Assembly (NCBI RefSeq): GCF_009914755.1
Contig: NC_060925.1
DNA: 64,000 nt
DNA from: the human T2T-CHM13v2.0 reference genome, Homo sapiens
Reading direction: 5' to 3' (one strand)
Shown: one piece after another, positions 1 through 12,558 of the stretch
How positions within the stretch are numbered: position 1 is the first letter of the stretch
Layout of the letters: each line of letters begins with the position of its first letter
The notes under the pieces: model-generated
Databases searched by the model: none
The model's input: only the letters and a program-made list of their open reading frames with translations
Told to the model about the DNA's origin: nothing
Program-made: the position numbers and the translations under genes

Positions 1-1710
1 TCCATTGACTAGGAGAACCAGCTAACATGTGGGCAGCATATTCGAAACGCGCAAGAGAAAAAGGACTATTACAAATGGTGGTACATTTCTGGACTGGTTT
101 GTATTTTAATGATGTATAGTTTTAAAATTTTTAATATCCTTTTACAAACTTTTTGCATCTATTTTTTTAATTATATGACTGGCTTAAAGTAATTGCTCCA
201 AAAGCTTTTGTTCTCTCATTCTAACCATTTGCCCAATAAAAGGTACATGTATAATTTAAACAAAAATAAATCATATAGGTGAAAAGATTGGTACAAAGAA
301 GGAAGAAGATGTTTTTCCAATGCCAAATTGCCTTCTTGTTAGTGTCTGTCTGGGCTCCTTAGGTAAGTTAAAAGAATGCAGCTACCAATGCAATAGGTGA
401 ACACTGGTAATTTTATTGATTTCATGGAGCCCACTACATTATAGAACTACCTCCAAAATGGATATGCTGTAAAGAAGGCCTAAAATTGAAAAAGAGAGGG
501 AGAGGCAGAGAGAAATAGAGATGGAGAGAGCAAGAGCTAAAGCAAAAGAAAGAAAAGCGCGAGAGACAGAATGAAAGACCTTCCCACAAACCATTTTACA
601 ACCCACCCCTGGCTCCAGCAACCCGCCAGTACAGCTCTATAACTGCTTGCAGCATATCACAGAGCATTCAGTGAACTTTATCAGGAGAGAAGTGTAATAA
701 GCTTGCAATGCAACCTTTACCCTTCCCTCAGATATGTTTGTTTGGGAAGCCTCTTCTCTCTTCCTCCTATATCTGTGATGCTCTGATAAAAATACTGAAG
801 GATTTCAGCTTTTCAAATATCTTGGCACTTTGGTTTCTCCACACTACAGAGATACAAAGTATTAATTGGGGAAAAAAGAGAACACTCTAAAACAAATACA
901 ATATTTGTCATCACAGTGAGGCTTTACTGAATAAATAAGAACACACTAAATACAGGGCTGTCGCTTTATTTAATCCTAGAGCTATGACTTAAAACTCCAG
1001 TGCTGAAATGGAGTTTGATATGCTCCCCTGACTCAAACGGAAACTACTATAACATAAGAAAATTAAGAAACAGGGGCATATCCATCAGAAATAACCACAT
1101 GAACTGTCAGGGACCACAGCTGTGACTCTGCAATCTTTTCTAAACTATCACTCACCCTAGAAGAGTGGCACCTAGAAGAGTGGCTGTTGGAGACATGGCT
1201 GTACATTGTAATCACTAAGGAGGTTTAAAAATAATGATGCCTGAGTCTCACCGCCAGATAATCAACATAATTATCTGGTTATGGCCTAAGCAACTGGATT
1301 TTTGAAAACTCTCCAGGTGGTTCCAATATTCATAATCGAAGTTGAGAATTGCTGGCCTAGAGTCCCTTGTATGATTCTATGTCTTTGGTGAATGCCACTA
1401 CGATGTAAAGTTACATCTAAGGGTGTGCATGACTGTAGAAGAGATGGAGGTCAGAGAAGAACTTTGACAATATGGCACAATTGTATTCATGCTAAGGCTG
1501 AATAGGATTTCTATGTGCAAGCCATTCTGCTAAGCACATAAGAACAAAATAAAAAGTAGGGTGATTGCCAGTGGACCTGCAATGGTAGCTAACACTGAAT
1601 ATACGGCATCCTGGAATGGCTTCCCCATAAGAAAAAACACACACATCCCCACACCCTCCGTCTTGCACTAGGGGTATAAGTGTAGGGTGTAAGCTTCTGT
1701 TGAATGTGGC

Positions 1711-1930
1711 AGTAGAATACAGTGGTTAGAAGCATAGAACTGAGTAGCCAGACTGCCTAGGTTCAAATCCTAGCTCTGAGCAAGTTAATTAACCTCTCCA
1801 AACCTCAGTTTTCTCATCTGTAAAATGAGGACTATAAAATATTACATAAATCATAGGATTGTCATTAAACAAGTAAATATATGTAAAAGACTCACAACAG
1901 TACCTGGCACATGGTAAGAGCTCAGTAAGT
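1711..1930 (+). mobile_element. MIR SINE
   Basis: cctaggttcaaatcctagctct...cctcagttttctcatctgtaaaatgagg...cagtacctggcacatggtaag. Confidence 0.85.
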
Positions 1931-2177
1931 GTAAGAAGTTTTTGTTTTTGTTTTTGTTTTGTTTTAAGACTATGTGTGATCTTCCCTGTGTGATTAAGCA
2001 ATTATCATCCTGGGGGCAGTGATGAGACGTTGGGAGATCACTTATCTGTGTGTATGAAGGGCATAGGACAGACGGGTCCACACTGAATGAGGCCTGAAAG
2101 AATGCACCAGAAGTAGGCTAAGGGGAAGACCTGGGTACATACAGATGCACTAGATGCTTCTTTAAACGTGACCACCT

Positions 2178-2544
<367 letters not shown>

Positions 2545-4589
2545 TCAGGAAAACACTACAGTGATAGCTCTAAAAGCACATGGTACAAAAGAGCTTGTGA
2601 TCTTGCATATTCCTGAGCACTAACCCCAGAGAATCTACTCTAGGAGGACTGGGGTCAATGAATCTATACTCAAACACCCCAGAGGAAAATGATGCCTGTA
2701 ATCAGCAGACTATAAGTGATCACTGGGCCAGGTGATCCAGGAAATTTGAGCTAGGAGTCTGCATTTTCAGAAGGAAAAGGCTAACAAGCCCGCTTAACCT
2801 ACGTTCTAGTGCAGAGGAAATGAAAAGATGCATATTTGAAATAGAGACAGGGAGCTGAAGAGAAGGAATCCAGGCAAGTACGACAACCCCTCTGAGACTA
2901 GTGGGCAGTTGTCCTAGGATAAGCTACCTAGAAATCAAAGCAGTGCTTCTCTTTTCCCTGGGATTCTAGTGATCAGAAATCTATACTTTGGAAATTTGAT
3001 CTACGTGGTGGTGGTGCTCAATCATCTAGAGTCATTTGCTTCCTTTGTCAATCTTTGCTTGCCTGGGGCACATCAAACTTGAGGATAGTGAAAGCATGGG
3101 GGAGAATATCACAGATTTAACATTCTACTTACTTTGTCAGCTGGGACTCCAAATCCATTTCCATCATGTCCCAGCCTCACTTTTGAGGCAGCCTGTACTC
3201 TCTCCTCCAGGGCCTGGATAGACCAAGTCTCATCACAGAGGTGGCTTCTCATCCACTCACCTGGCCTGACATGCAGCCCATTCTTAACAATGCTCTCTCC
3301 ATGACCACCTCTTTTTGGAAAGTGTGCAAGTCTTGTTGCCTGGCCAGTGAGCTAACATTTTTTTCTGACACAGGGAGATTTTAGGTTTCTGATCTGCACA
3401 TCTCCATATCACATCCCATGCTAAGGCGCTTACATTAGGGTCAGGCCTGGCCCTAACCCTTATACCAACATGGCTATTTTCAGTTCCAAAAAGAAAGTGT
3501 TCTATCAAGTAGCAGCCTCCATCATCTCTGATTCATACTATTGTTCTACTTTCTCTTATTTGGCCTGTAAATGCACTACAGTATCTCTTCAGGCACTGGG
3601 CCACCACCCCGCTTTCACCTCCTTTCTATTATAGGTTTTATAGACCATTTGTCCCTATGTCTTTTTAACTCATTCCTTGAGGCCTGATTCTACTTCTGGA
3701 AAAATTGGATCCATGGTCCCTACTCTAACAGAAAACCAGTCCTGACAACATGGTTTTATTAGCATCAGCTAGAAGTGGCCACGGTGGATGTTTGATCTTA
3801 CTCTCCACTTACTGCAAAAAAAAAAAAGCATTGCTTAGAACCAACATGCCCAAATCAGAATCATCTTCTTTGGCAGATGTCATCTAACATTTAATTGGAT
3901 TACATCTAATAGCTCTATATGGTATGACAATTCACCAGTTACCTGGAAATACATTTTCCAACAAGTTTACATTGATGTACCCACCAGTAGGCTAAATTGC
4001 TTAAATCTAAACATCCTACGAATGCTTTGTTAAGATTTTTTAATGTTCTCTGAATGCAAATACCAGCTGTTAAGATTTTCCTGGCTCAAATTATTAAGGC
4101 CAGAGGCTGTCTACCAGACTATGTATAGTAAGATGCAAGCAACTGAATTCTGAAGAAAATATTAGCTCAACCTACATCCCTGGGGAGTTGGGATGGCCTT
4201 CTATAATTAAGACGTATCTGGATTATTTAACTAGAAAAGAGTGTCAATCCTCTCTTCTGCTTAGCTGAATGTGAGGATGGATGGATCTGCCCTAATTGGA
4301 CAACAGAGAGTATTTGCACTCTCATTTTTGTCTGAGAATGTATCCTTAGCTTCTATGCTTACAAATGGTTATCAAAAGTCAATTAGAGAAGTCAATATTC
4401 ATAAATAATGGCTTCAAAGACTTGTTGTTCACCCTTCTAACATTCTAAACCTAATTCTTAGCAAATGAGAAGCTTCAACTGCTGCCAACCAAGACAAATT
4501 CTACCAAGTTGTATTTTTATGTATTTTATGAATCTACATTTATGGATATAATACAAAATGGCTTAATAAGAATAATACCAGAAAACTGT

Positions 4590-4830
4590 TATAAGAGCTT
4601 ACTATGTGCCAGGCACTCTAGTAAGTGCTTTGCTTGCATGATTTTCTTTGATTCTTATAGCAACCCTTTGAGCTAATTACTATTATTTCTCCTGCTTTGT
4701 AGGTAAGAAAACTGAGGCGTAAAGAGGTTATATCACCTAAGGTCACATAGCTAGTAAGTTGTAAAGCCAGGATTTGGACCTAGGCAGTCTGATTCCAGAA
4801 CCTCTGTGCTTAACTAGTTTACCATATGCC
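4590..4830 (-). mobile_element. MIR SINE
   Basis: cttactatgtgccaggcactcta...aagaaaactgaggc...ggtcacatagctagtaag. Confidence 0.85.
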
Positions 4831-5289
4831 TTCCCTAGGTAACCATTTGATATGCAGGAAGCCCCATAATTCATTCCTGGCTATGGTCTTTATGGAGTAA
4901 CTTCTACTGGTCACTTAGTACTGAAAGACAGTGTTGAAGGACACTTCTGGAGGAAGCCAGCTGCTGTCATCTTTGAGGGGTCTGTTTCTACAAAGAACTT
5001 GAACCCGCTGGGGCAAGTGCATTCCAGTCACTGAACCTGGCAGCAGATCCATGGATCTCAATGATCTTTAGTTTTTGCTCCTCAAATTGGAATAATGATA
5101 GAATGAGAGTACTAAAACCCCCACAACTGGCCCTACATGAATGGCCAGCTATCTCAAAAGAGGGACTGTGCTTGTCAGAGGGAATCCCTTCAGGGGACTC
5201 TTGGACAGGTTAAAGTGCCATGGATATGTTGTGTAATGGGAAGTGTAAACTTACAGGGACTTGATTTCAAAGGTCATTAGAGAAGTTAG

Positions 5290-5865
5290 TCACAACTTCT
5301 AAAGCAACTATCAGAAAACAGCTTGGACTCACTCAAGTAAACAGGGGCTTTATTGGCTTATAGACCTGGGCAGTCCAGGTGTAGATCTGGTTCCAGACAA
5401 GGCTGATTCAGAGACTCCACGTGGTCAAGGCTCTGTTGTTTGTCAATCCCTTGGCTCCTCCACTTCCAGTTTGGCTTCTGTCCTCACAGTCTCTCTCCAT
5501 GTGGCAAACAAGATGGCTACTGGTGGTCCCAGGTTCACGTCCTCTCAGCTTGGAAATCCAGCAGCAAGAAGATGTCTCACTCCCAAAGTCCATAACTCAA
5601 TCCTTGGGAAGACTGTAGTTGGTCCTGCTAGGAACACGTAACTATCCAACTATCCTCCAGATAGGGAGCTGGGGAGATGGGAGATGGGCTCCTCTGACAG
5701 GACACCCTGTGGTTCACGTCCACTCTTGTGGCCTGGGTATATTGGGAATGCGGGGATGAAGAAAGAATTCACAGCCCCACAAGGTTCGTGTGGAAAAGGG
5801 GAGGAGTTTCCCAGAAGAGCCATAAAATTAAGAAAGCACTGCAAGCAAACAAAAACCAGTCATTT
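5290..5865 (-). mobile_element. Ancient ERVL-MaLR LTR (MLT1K-like) forming the distal CRP 3'UTR
   Basis: Antisense MLT1-type motifs: ...ggggctttattggct..., aagatggctactggtggtcccaggttcacgtcctctcagctt, cagccccacaagg...ggggaggagtttccc; ends approximate. Confidence 0.7.
5349..5354 (-). terminator. CRP polyadenylation signal AATAAA
   Basis: tttatt on the + strand ~1.2 kb after the stop, matching the known CRP 3'UTR length. Confidence 0.85.
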
Positions 5866-6189
5866 AAGTTCTTGGCAGTAACAACATATTTATACCTAGT
5901 GCTTCATTTTGCTCTGGAAAAAAAGCAGATCTGCTCTGCTGGGGCAATTCTAATGGCCTTTCCAGTGTGCTTTGAGAAAGTGGAGGGACTGCGTGGTATT
6001 GCTGGGCTTCCCATTTCAGGAGACCTGGGCCCAGCAGTTCTATGACATGATGATGAGCACTCTGGACCCAAACCAGACACCTGGCCAGTGTCCTGATTCT
6101 GAGACTGAAGAGCCCTGTGAATGTGGGCAATGCCCTCCTGCTTTCTGGGGGTCATGGGTGGGGAATTAAATAGAAGATCAGCGCTTCCT

Positions 6190-6302
6190 TCTCAGCTCTT
6201 GCCTTATGAGTTTTTTATAACATCATTTCTCCTTTCTGGGTGTTAGTTTTCTCATCTATGTGAGGTAAGAAATTATCTCCAAGATCTGTCCAACTTGAAA
6301 TA
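6190..6302 (+). mobile_element. MIR3-like SINE fragment in CRP 3'UTR
   Basis: tctgggtgttagttttctcatctatgtgagg...atctccaagatctgtccaacttgaaat resembles the MIR3 core and 3' end. Confidence 0.6.
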
Positions 6303-6449
6303 AAAATGAAAACAAAACACCTCAAATTCTGATTCTTTTGGACCGTTTCCCAGCATAGTTAACGAGCTCCCAGACCAGACACTTTACCTCCATTCTCAGG
6401 CGCTGAGGAGGGTGGAGCAGGCCTGCAATGCATATAGGGGAACAAAGGC

Positions 6450-6547
6450 CCAGAGACAGAGACGTGGGAACCATGCAGTGTAAAAAAGCGGGAGGTACCA
6501 GAGACAGAGACGTGGGGCCCATGCGGTGTAAAAAACCGGGAGGTACC
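6450..6547. repeat. 48-bp tandem duplication at the start of the CRP 3'UTR
   Basis: ccagagacagagacgtggg..ccatgc.gtgtaaaaaa.cgggaggta occurs twice, with 4 mismatches. Confidence 0.95.
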
Positions 6548-6568
6548 TTCAGGACCCACAGCTGGGCC

Positions 6569-7182
6569 TCAGGGCCACAGCTGGGGTTTGGTGAACACTT
6601 CGCCTTGCACTTCATACTTCAGTGCCCGCCAGTTCAGGACATTAGGACTGAAGGGCCCGCCAAGATAGATGGTGTTAATCTCATCTGGTGACAGCACAAA
6701 GTCCCACATGTTCACATTTCCAATGTCTCCCACCAGGGACTGGCTTCCTTCAAAGTTCCCACCGAAGGAATCCTGCTCCTGCCCCAAGATGATGCTTGCT
6801 TCTGCCCCCACAGTGTATCCCTTCTTCAGACTCTTCCTCACCCTGGGCTTCCCATCTACCCAGAACTCCACGATCCCTGAGGCGGACTCCCAGCTTGTAC
6901 AAATGTGTACTGGAGCTACTGTGACTTCAGGAACCTCGAATAATATTTCAGACCCACCCACTGTAAAACTGTATCCTATATCCTTAGACCAAAATATGAG
7001 AATCTCATTGTCTTGTCTCTTGGTGGCATACGAGAAAATACTGTACCCACGGGTCGAGGACAGTTCCGTGTAGAAGTGGAGGCACACAGTGAAGGCTTTG
7101 AGAGGCTTCGTTAACGGTGCTTTGAGGGATACATAGGAAGTATCCGACTCTTTGGGAAACACAAAAGCCTTCCTCGACATGT
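6569..7182 (-). CDS. CRP: C-reactive protein, exon 2 coding part (pentraxin domain)
   Basis: ORF 6569..7201 gives DMSRKAFVFPKESD...HICTSWES...GQEQDSFGG...KPQLWP*. Acceptor ctcacag at 7189-7183. 61+614 nt = 224 aa + stop. Confidence 0.99.
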
Positions 7183-7300
7183 CTGTGAGCCAGAAAAACA
7201 AGCAAATGTGAGAGGTTTCTCAGATCACACAGATCTATCCCCTCACTTACGTATAGAATTTAAGATTGAGAAACAGACTGACCCCTTCTCCAGTTACACA

Positions 7301-7341
<41 letters not shown>

Positions 7342-7468
7342 ATGAAGGATGCTCCACTGTTCTGTTCATACAGTCTTTTTTTTTTTTTTTTGAGACTGTT
7401 CATGCAGTCTTAGACCCCACCCCCATACCTCAGATCAAATCTCTCCCATAGCCTGGGGTGGCCCTTAC
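7183..7468 (-). other. CRP: CRP intron (286 bp)
   Basis: GT...AG boundaries between the two coding exons. Confidence 0.97.
7302..7340. repeat. (CA)19/(GT)n microsatellite in CRP intron, followed by a poly(T) tract at ~7376-7392
   Basis: Directly visible; a known polymorphic intronic GT repeat of CRP. Confidence 0.95.
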
Positions 7469-7529
7469 CTGTCTGGCCAAAAGCATGAGAGAGGCTGGTC
7501 AAGACCAAGAAACACAACAGCTTCTCCAT
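7469..7529 (-). CDS. CRP: C-reactive protein, exon 1 coding part (signal peptide MEKLLCFLVLTSLSHAFG + QT)
   Basis: Reverse complement reads ATGGAGAAGCTGTTGTGTTTC...CAGACAG|GTAAG; 61 nt ending in a canonical donor at 7468-7467. Confidence 0.99.
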
Positions 7530-7632
7530 GGTCACGTCCTGCTGCCAGTGATACAAGGGCCTGAATTCACTCCTTTGGAAAAGATGTATTCGGCTGAAAG
7601 TTCAGGGGCTAGAAGTCCTAGATCTCTTGCCT

Positions 7633-7945
7633 TAGAGCTACCTCCTCCTGCCTGGATTTATATCCAAAGCAGTAAGGGAGTTTGCGCCACTATGTAAATA
7701 ATTTTCCAACATTGCTTGTTGGGGCAGGTGTCAGAGCTTCGGGAAGAGGGGAAGCAAAATTATTTCAGAACAGAGAAATCAATGTGAGTTATTTATTACA
7801 AACTCCTATGACTACTGAATTACCAATTCTTTATGACAGGAAAAATGAAGAAATCTCTCAGGGCTCCACTTTGGCTATCTATCCTGCGAAAATAATGGGA
7901 AATGGTAACATATTAAACTAGTGGCCATCTGGGTGCACGTGGTAG
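7633..7945 (-). promoter_or_regulatory. CRP: CRP proximal promoter: TATAAA (7662-7657), C/EBP GTGGCGCAA (7690-7682), HNF1-type site (~7692-7710), STAT3 TTCCCGAA (7745-7738), distal HNF1-like GTAATAAATAAC (7799-7788), E-box CACGTG (7936-7941)
   Basis: Motifs read directly. Spacing relative to a TSS near 7633 matches the established IL-6/IL-1 acute-phase elements (-52 C/EBP, -108 STAT3). Confidence 0.9.
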
Positions 7946-8109
7946 CTGCCTCTCCAACACCTACTTCAGCCCAAATCATAGAGTTTGACAAAGGAAATCT
8001 GACAGCTTCTGGAGATGGACATTATCACTAACCCCTTTCAATTTGCTTATTTACAGACTGGGAAATGAGGAAAACAAACATGCTCCTCCCAGAGCCATGG
8101 ACACATTTT

Positions 8110-8368
8110 TTTATTATTATTATACTTTAAGTTTTAGGGTACATGTGCACAATGTGCAGGTTAGTTACATATGTATACATGTGCCATGCTGGTGTGCTGC
8201 ACCCATTAACTCATCATTTAGCATTAGGTATATCTTCTAATGCTATCCCTCCCCCCTCCCCCCACCCCACAACAGTCCCCAGAGTGTGATGTTCCCCTTC
8301 CTGTGTCCAAGTATTCTCATTGTTCAATTCCCATCTATGAGTGAGAACATGCGGTGTTTGGTTTTTTG
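8110..8368 (-). mobile_element. 5'-truncated L1PA 3' end in the CRP upstream region
   Basis: L1 3'UTR antisense (ttatactttaagttttagggtacatgtgcac...); TSD catggacacatttt at 8096-8109 and 8369-8382. Confidence 0.95.
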
Positions 8369-8839
8369 CATGGACACATTTTCTCAGCCGATTGAGTACA
8401 CTTATTAAGAACTCTCTAGACATCTTGGCACTAAATGACGGCCCTGACAGTAAAAGTCCAGTAAAATGTGTGCCTGATCACAGACATAGCATTATATCAA
8501 AGTTTCTTCCAACATTTTTCTCTGAATATGTAAAGCTTCAGGCAGGAGTCAGGATAATCTGATTCTACTCTTTCCTCTATTCACAAGATTCAAGTAATCC
8601 CTCCACACTGTCTGTCAATCTTACTACAGTTCCCTACTTAACTCACTCTTCAAAATGACTATTATACTCCTTCTCCTTGCTCCTCAAGTCCCCAAAATCT
8701 CATTTATTCTTTCATTCAGCTGATGAACTCACCTTTCATTGAGAAGTTAGAAGCAATCAGAAAAGAACCACCGTATCCTTTGTAGTAGAGTCTTCTAGCC
8801 ATTCCCTAACATCCATTCTCTACTTCTCATAAGAGAAGA

Positions 8840-9262
8840 ATAACATTTTCAGTTGGGCGCTTGGTCATCCCCTCAAACACCAAATTTCCCAGCCCCCACT
8901 GTAGCTTGCAGTGATGATGTGATTAAATTAAGGCCAACGAGATATGAACAGAATAGGGACCATCTCTAGGTTGTGCTCTTTAAGAAAGGTATGTGCTTTC
9001 CCCTCCCACTTCCCCCTTTTTCCCTTTGACTAGTATTCAGTCATGATAGCAGGAGATGGAATAGTTCACTTTCAGGCCAGCAAGTGTAAGCTGCATGTTG
9101 AGGTTGGCATGGCAACAAGATAGATGGAGCCTGGATAATTGGGTATGGAGCCACTGCATCAGCTCTAGGCTGCCTACCTGAAAATTTACTTAAAGGAGAA
9201 ATACTCTCCTCTTTTGTTAAATCACTGTTAACTCAGTCTTTCTGTTCTTAACACCTAACTGA
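8840..9262 (+). mobile_element. Ancient ERVL LTR (LTR33-like)
   Basis: atttcccagcccccactgtagcttgcagtgatgatgtgattaaattaaggccaacgagat motif; ends approximate. Confidence 0.5.
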
Positions 9263-9759
9263 TATCCTTATATATCCTCCTACAACCCAATGTACCAGCC
9301 TTTCTGTCTTCCTCTATTAAAAGGGATGAGCTCTCCCTGTGTTACATCTAAGGCCAACCCTTGCAATTCTTCAGTGGATCCCAGACCCTGTCGACTATGC
9401 AAGGAATTTTGCTCCTATAGGTATCCTCTCTATCTTCTGTATTATTAATTTATTCATCTTTACTTGATCATTTCCACAAAACCATACTATAATATATTTA
9501 ATCTTTTAGAGAAAGAAGAAAGAAAAGAGAAAAAAGGAAGGATGGGAGGGAGAGAGGGAGGAAGGAAGGAAAAGTTTACGTGGGTTGACAACCTCTATTT
9601 TCCATCTCCTGTTCCCTCCTCAATCCATGGAAATCAGCCATTGGCCTTCACCACTCTAGTGAAGCCAACATAAACAAACACCTCTCTCATTAAATCTAAT
9701 AATGAATTTTCTGTTCTTATTTTACCCAGCTTCTTGGCAATATTCAACACAGTTTATAA

Positions 9760-10087
<328 letters not shown>

Positions 10088-10183
10088 AACTTCCTCCTGA
10101 ATTCTTGCTCCTAGTTTAAAAGTGAAATAATTTCAAGGCTTTATGCCTAAAAGAAGTGGTCCTCTGTCCCACCACTCTCTATC

Positions 10184-12558
10184 TGATATGGTTTGGCTCT
10201 GTGTCCTCACCCAAATCTCATCTTGAATTGCAATCCCCACATGTCAAGGGAGGGACCTGGTGGGAGGTGGGTGGATCATAGGAGCGGTTTCCCCCATGCT
10301 GTTCTCATTTTAGTGAGTGGGTTCTCACAAGATCTGATGGTTTAAAAGTGTTTGGCAGTTCCTCCCCACCCTCTATCTCTCCTGCCACCTTGTGAAGAAG
10401 GTACCTGCTTCCCCTTTGCCTTCTGCCATAATTGTAAGTTTCCTGAGGCCTCCCGAGCCATGCAGAACTGTGAGTCAATTGAACCTCTTTTGTTTATAAA
10501 TTACCCGGTTTCAGGTAGCTCTTTATAGCAGTGTAAAAACAAACTAATACAGAAAATTGGTACCAGGATAGTGGGATACTGCTATAAAGATTCCTAAAAA
10601 TGTGGAAGCAACTTTGGAACCAACTATGGGCAGAGGCTGGAAGAGTTTGGAGGGCTCAGGAGAAGACAGGAAGATGTGGAAAAGCTTGGAACTTCCTGAG
10701 TTTTGTTGAATGGTTTTGACCAAAATGCTGATAGTGATATGGAAAATGAAGTTCATGCAGAGGTGTCCTTAGATGGAGATGAGGAACTTATTGGAAACGG
10801 GAGTAAAGGTCACTCTTTCTATGTTTTAGCAAAGACAATGGTGGCATTTTGCCCATGCCCTAGAGATCTGTGGAACTTTTAACTTAAGAGACATGATTTC
10901 TTGAATGCTTTGGTGCTTAAGAAATTTCTAAGCACCAAAGCATTCAAGAAGTGACCTGGCTTTTTCTGAAAACATACAATCATATGTGTTCACAAAGAGA
11001 TGATCTGAAATTGGAACTTATGTTTAAAAGGGAAAGGGAGCATAAAAGTTTGGAAAATGTGCAGCCTGACCATGTGGTAGAAAAGAAAAACCCATTTTCT
11101 GGGGAAAAATTCAAGCTGGCTGCAGAAATTTGCATAAGTAATGAGGAGATGAATGTTGATAGCCAAAACAATGAGGAAAATGTCTTCAGGTCATTTCAGA
11201 AGATCTTCATGGCAGCCCCTCCCATCAGAGGTCCAAAAGCCTAGGAGGAAAAAATGGTATCATGGGCCAGGCCCAGGGCCCCGCTGCTCTGTGCAGCCCA
11301 GGAACATGGCACCCTGTGTGCCAGCTGCTGCGGCTCCAGCCATGGCTAAAAGGGGGCAATGTATATAGCTCAGGCCATTGCTTCAGAGGGCACAAGCCCC
11401 AAGCCTTGGTGGCTTCCAAGTAGTGTTGAGGGTGCAGATGCACAGAAGACAAGAGTTGAGCTTTGGGAGTTTCTGTCTAGATTTCAGAAGATGTATGGAA
11501 ACACCTGGATGTTCAGGCAGAAGTATTCTGCAGGCATGGAGCCCTCACAGAAAACCTCTACTAGGGCAATGCAGCAGGGAAATGTGGGGTTGGAGTCTCC
11601 ACACAGAGTCCCCACTGGGGCACTGCCTAGTGGATCTGTGAGAAGAGGGTCACTGTCCTCCAGACCCCAGAATGGTAGAACCACTGACAGTTTGAACCTT
11701 GTGCTTAGAAAAGCTTGCAAGTGTTCAACGCCAGCCTGTGAAAGCAGCCACAGGGGCTGTACCCTGAAGAGCCACAAGTATGGAGCTACCCAAGGCCATG
11801 GAAGCCTACCGCTTGCATCAGCATGCCCTGGATGTGAGACAAAGAATCAAAGGAGATTATTTTGGAGCTTTAAGATTTCATGAGTGTCCTGCCAGATTTT
11901 GGATTTACATGGGGCCTGTGGCCCCTTTGTTTTGGCCAATTTCTCCCATTTCAAACAGGACCATTTACCCAATGCCTATACCCCCACTGTATCTTGGAAG
12001 TAACTAACTTGTTTTTTATTTTACTAGGCTAATAGGCAGAAGTGACTTGCCTTTTCTCAGATGGAACTTTAGACTTGGACTTTTGAGTTAATGCTGAAAT
12101 GAGTTAAGTTTGGGTGACTGTTGGGAAGGTATGATTGGTTTTGAAATGTGAAAAGAACATGATATTTTGGAGGAGCCAGAGGTGGAATGATATGGTTTGG
12201 TTCTGTGTTCCCACCCAAATGTCATCTCAAATTGTAATCCCCATGAGTTGAGGGAGGGACATGGTGGGAGAAGATTGGATCGTGGAGGTAGTTTTGCCCA
12301 TGCTGTGCTCATGATAATGAGTTCTCACTAGGTCTGATGATTTAAATAAAAGTGCTTGGCAGTCCCCCACTCACACTGTCTCTCTCCTGCTGCCTTGTGA
12401 AGAAAATGCCTGCTTCCCCTTCACCTTCCACCATGATTGTAAGTTTCATGAGTCCTCCCCAAACATGTGGAACTGTAAGTTCATTTAAAATTTCTTTTGT
12501 TTATAAATTACCCATACTCAGGTAGTTCTTTACAGCAGTGTGAAAACCAACTAATACA
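10184..12558 (+). mobile_element. Full THE1 (THE1D-like) MaLR provirus: LTR 10184-10551, internal 10552-12187, LTR 12188-12558
   Basis: Two LTRs starting TGATATGGTTTGG and ending CTAATACA; purine tract before the 3' LTR; 5-bp TSD ctatc/ccatc; decayed MaLR ORF fragments. Confidence 0.95.

Larger units (their letters stand above)
5330..6568 (-). other. CRP: CRP 3'UTR (~1.2 kb)
   Basis: Runs from the stop codon to an AATAAA at 5354-5349; the 3' end is approximate. Confidence 0.85.

Noticed and set aside
6669-7073. 134-aa ORF antisense to CRP exon 2
   Set aside because: A shadow of CRP codon structure; no independent promoter or homology evident
10951-12007. ORFs of 70-174 aa
   Set aside because: Decayed THE1 internal MaLR ORF fragments
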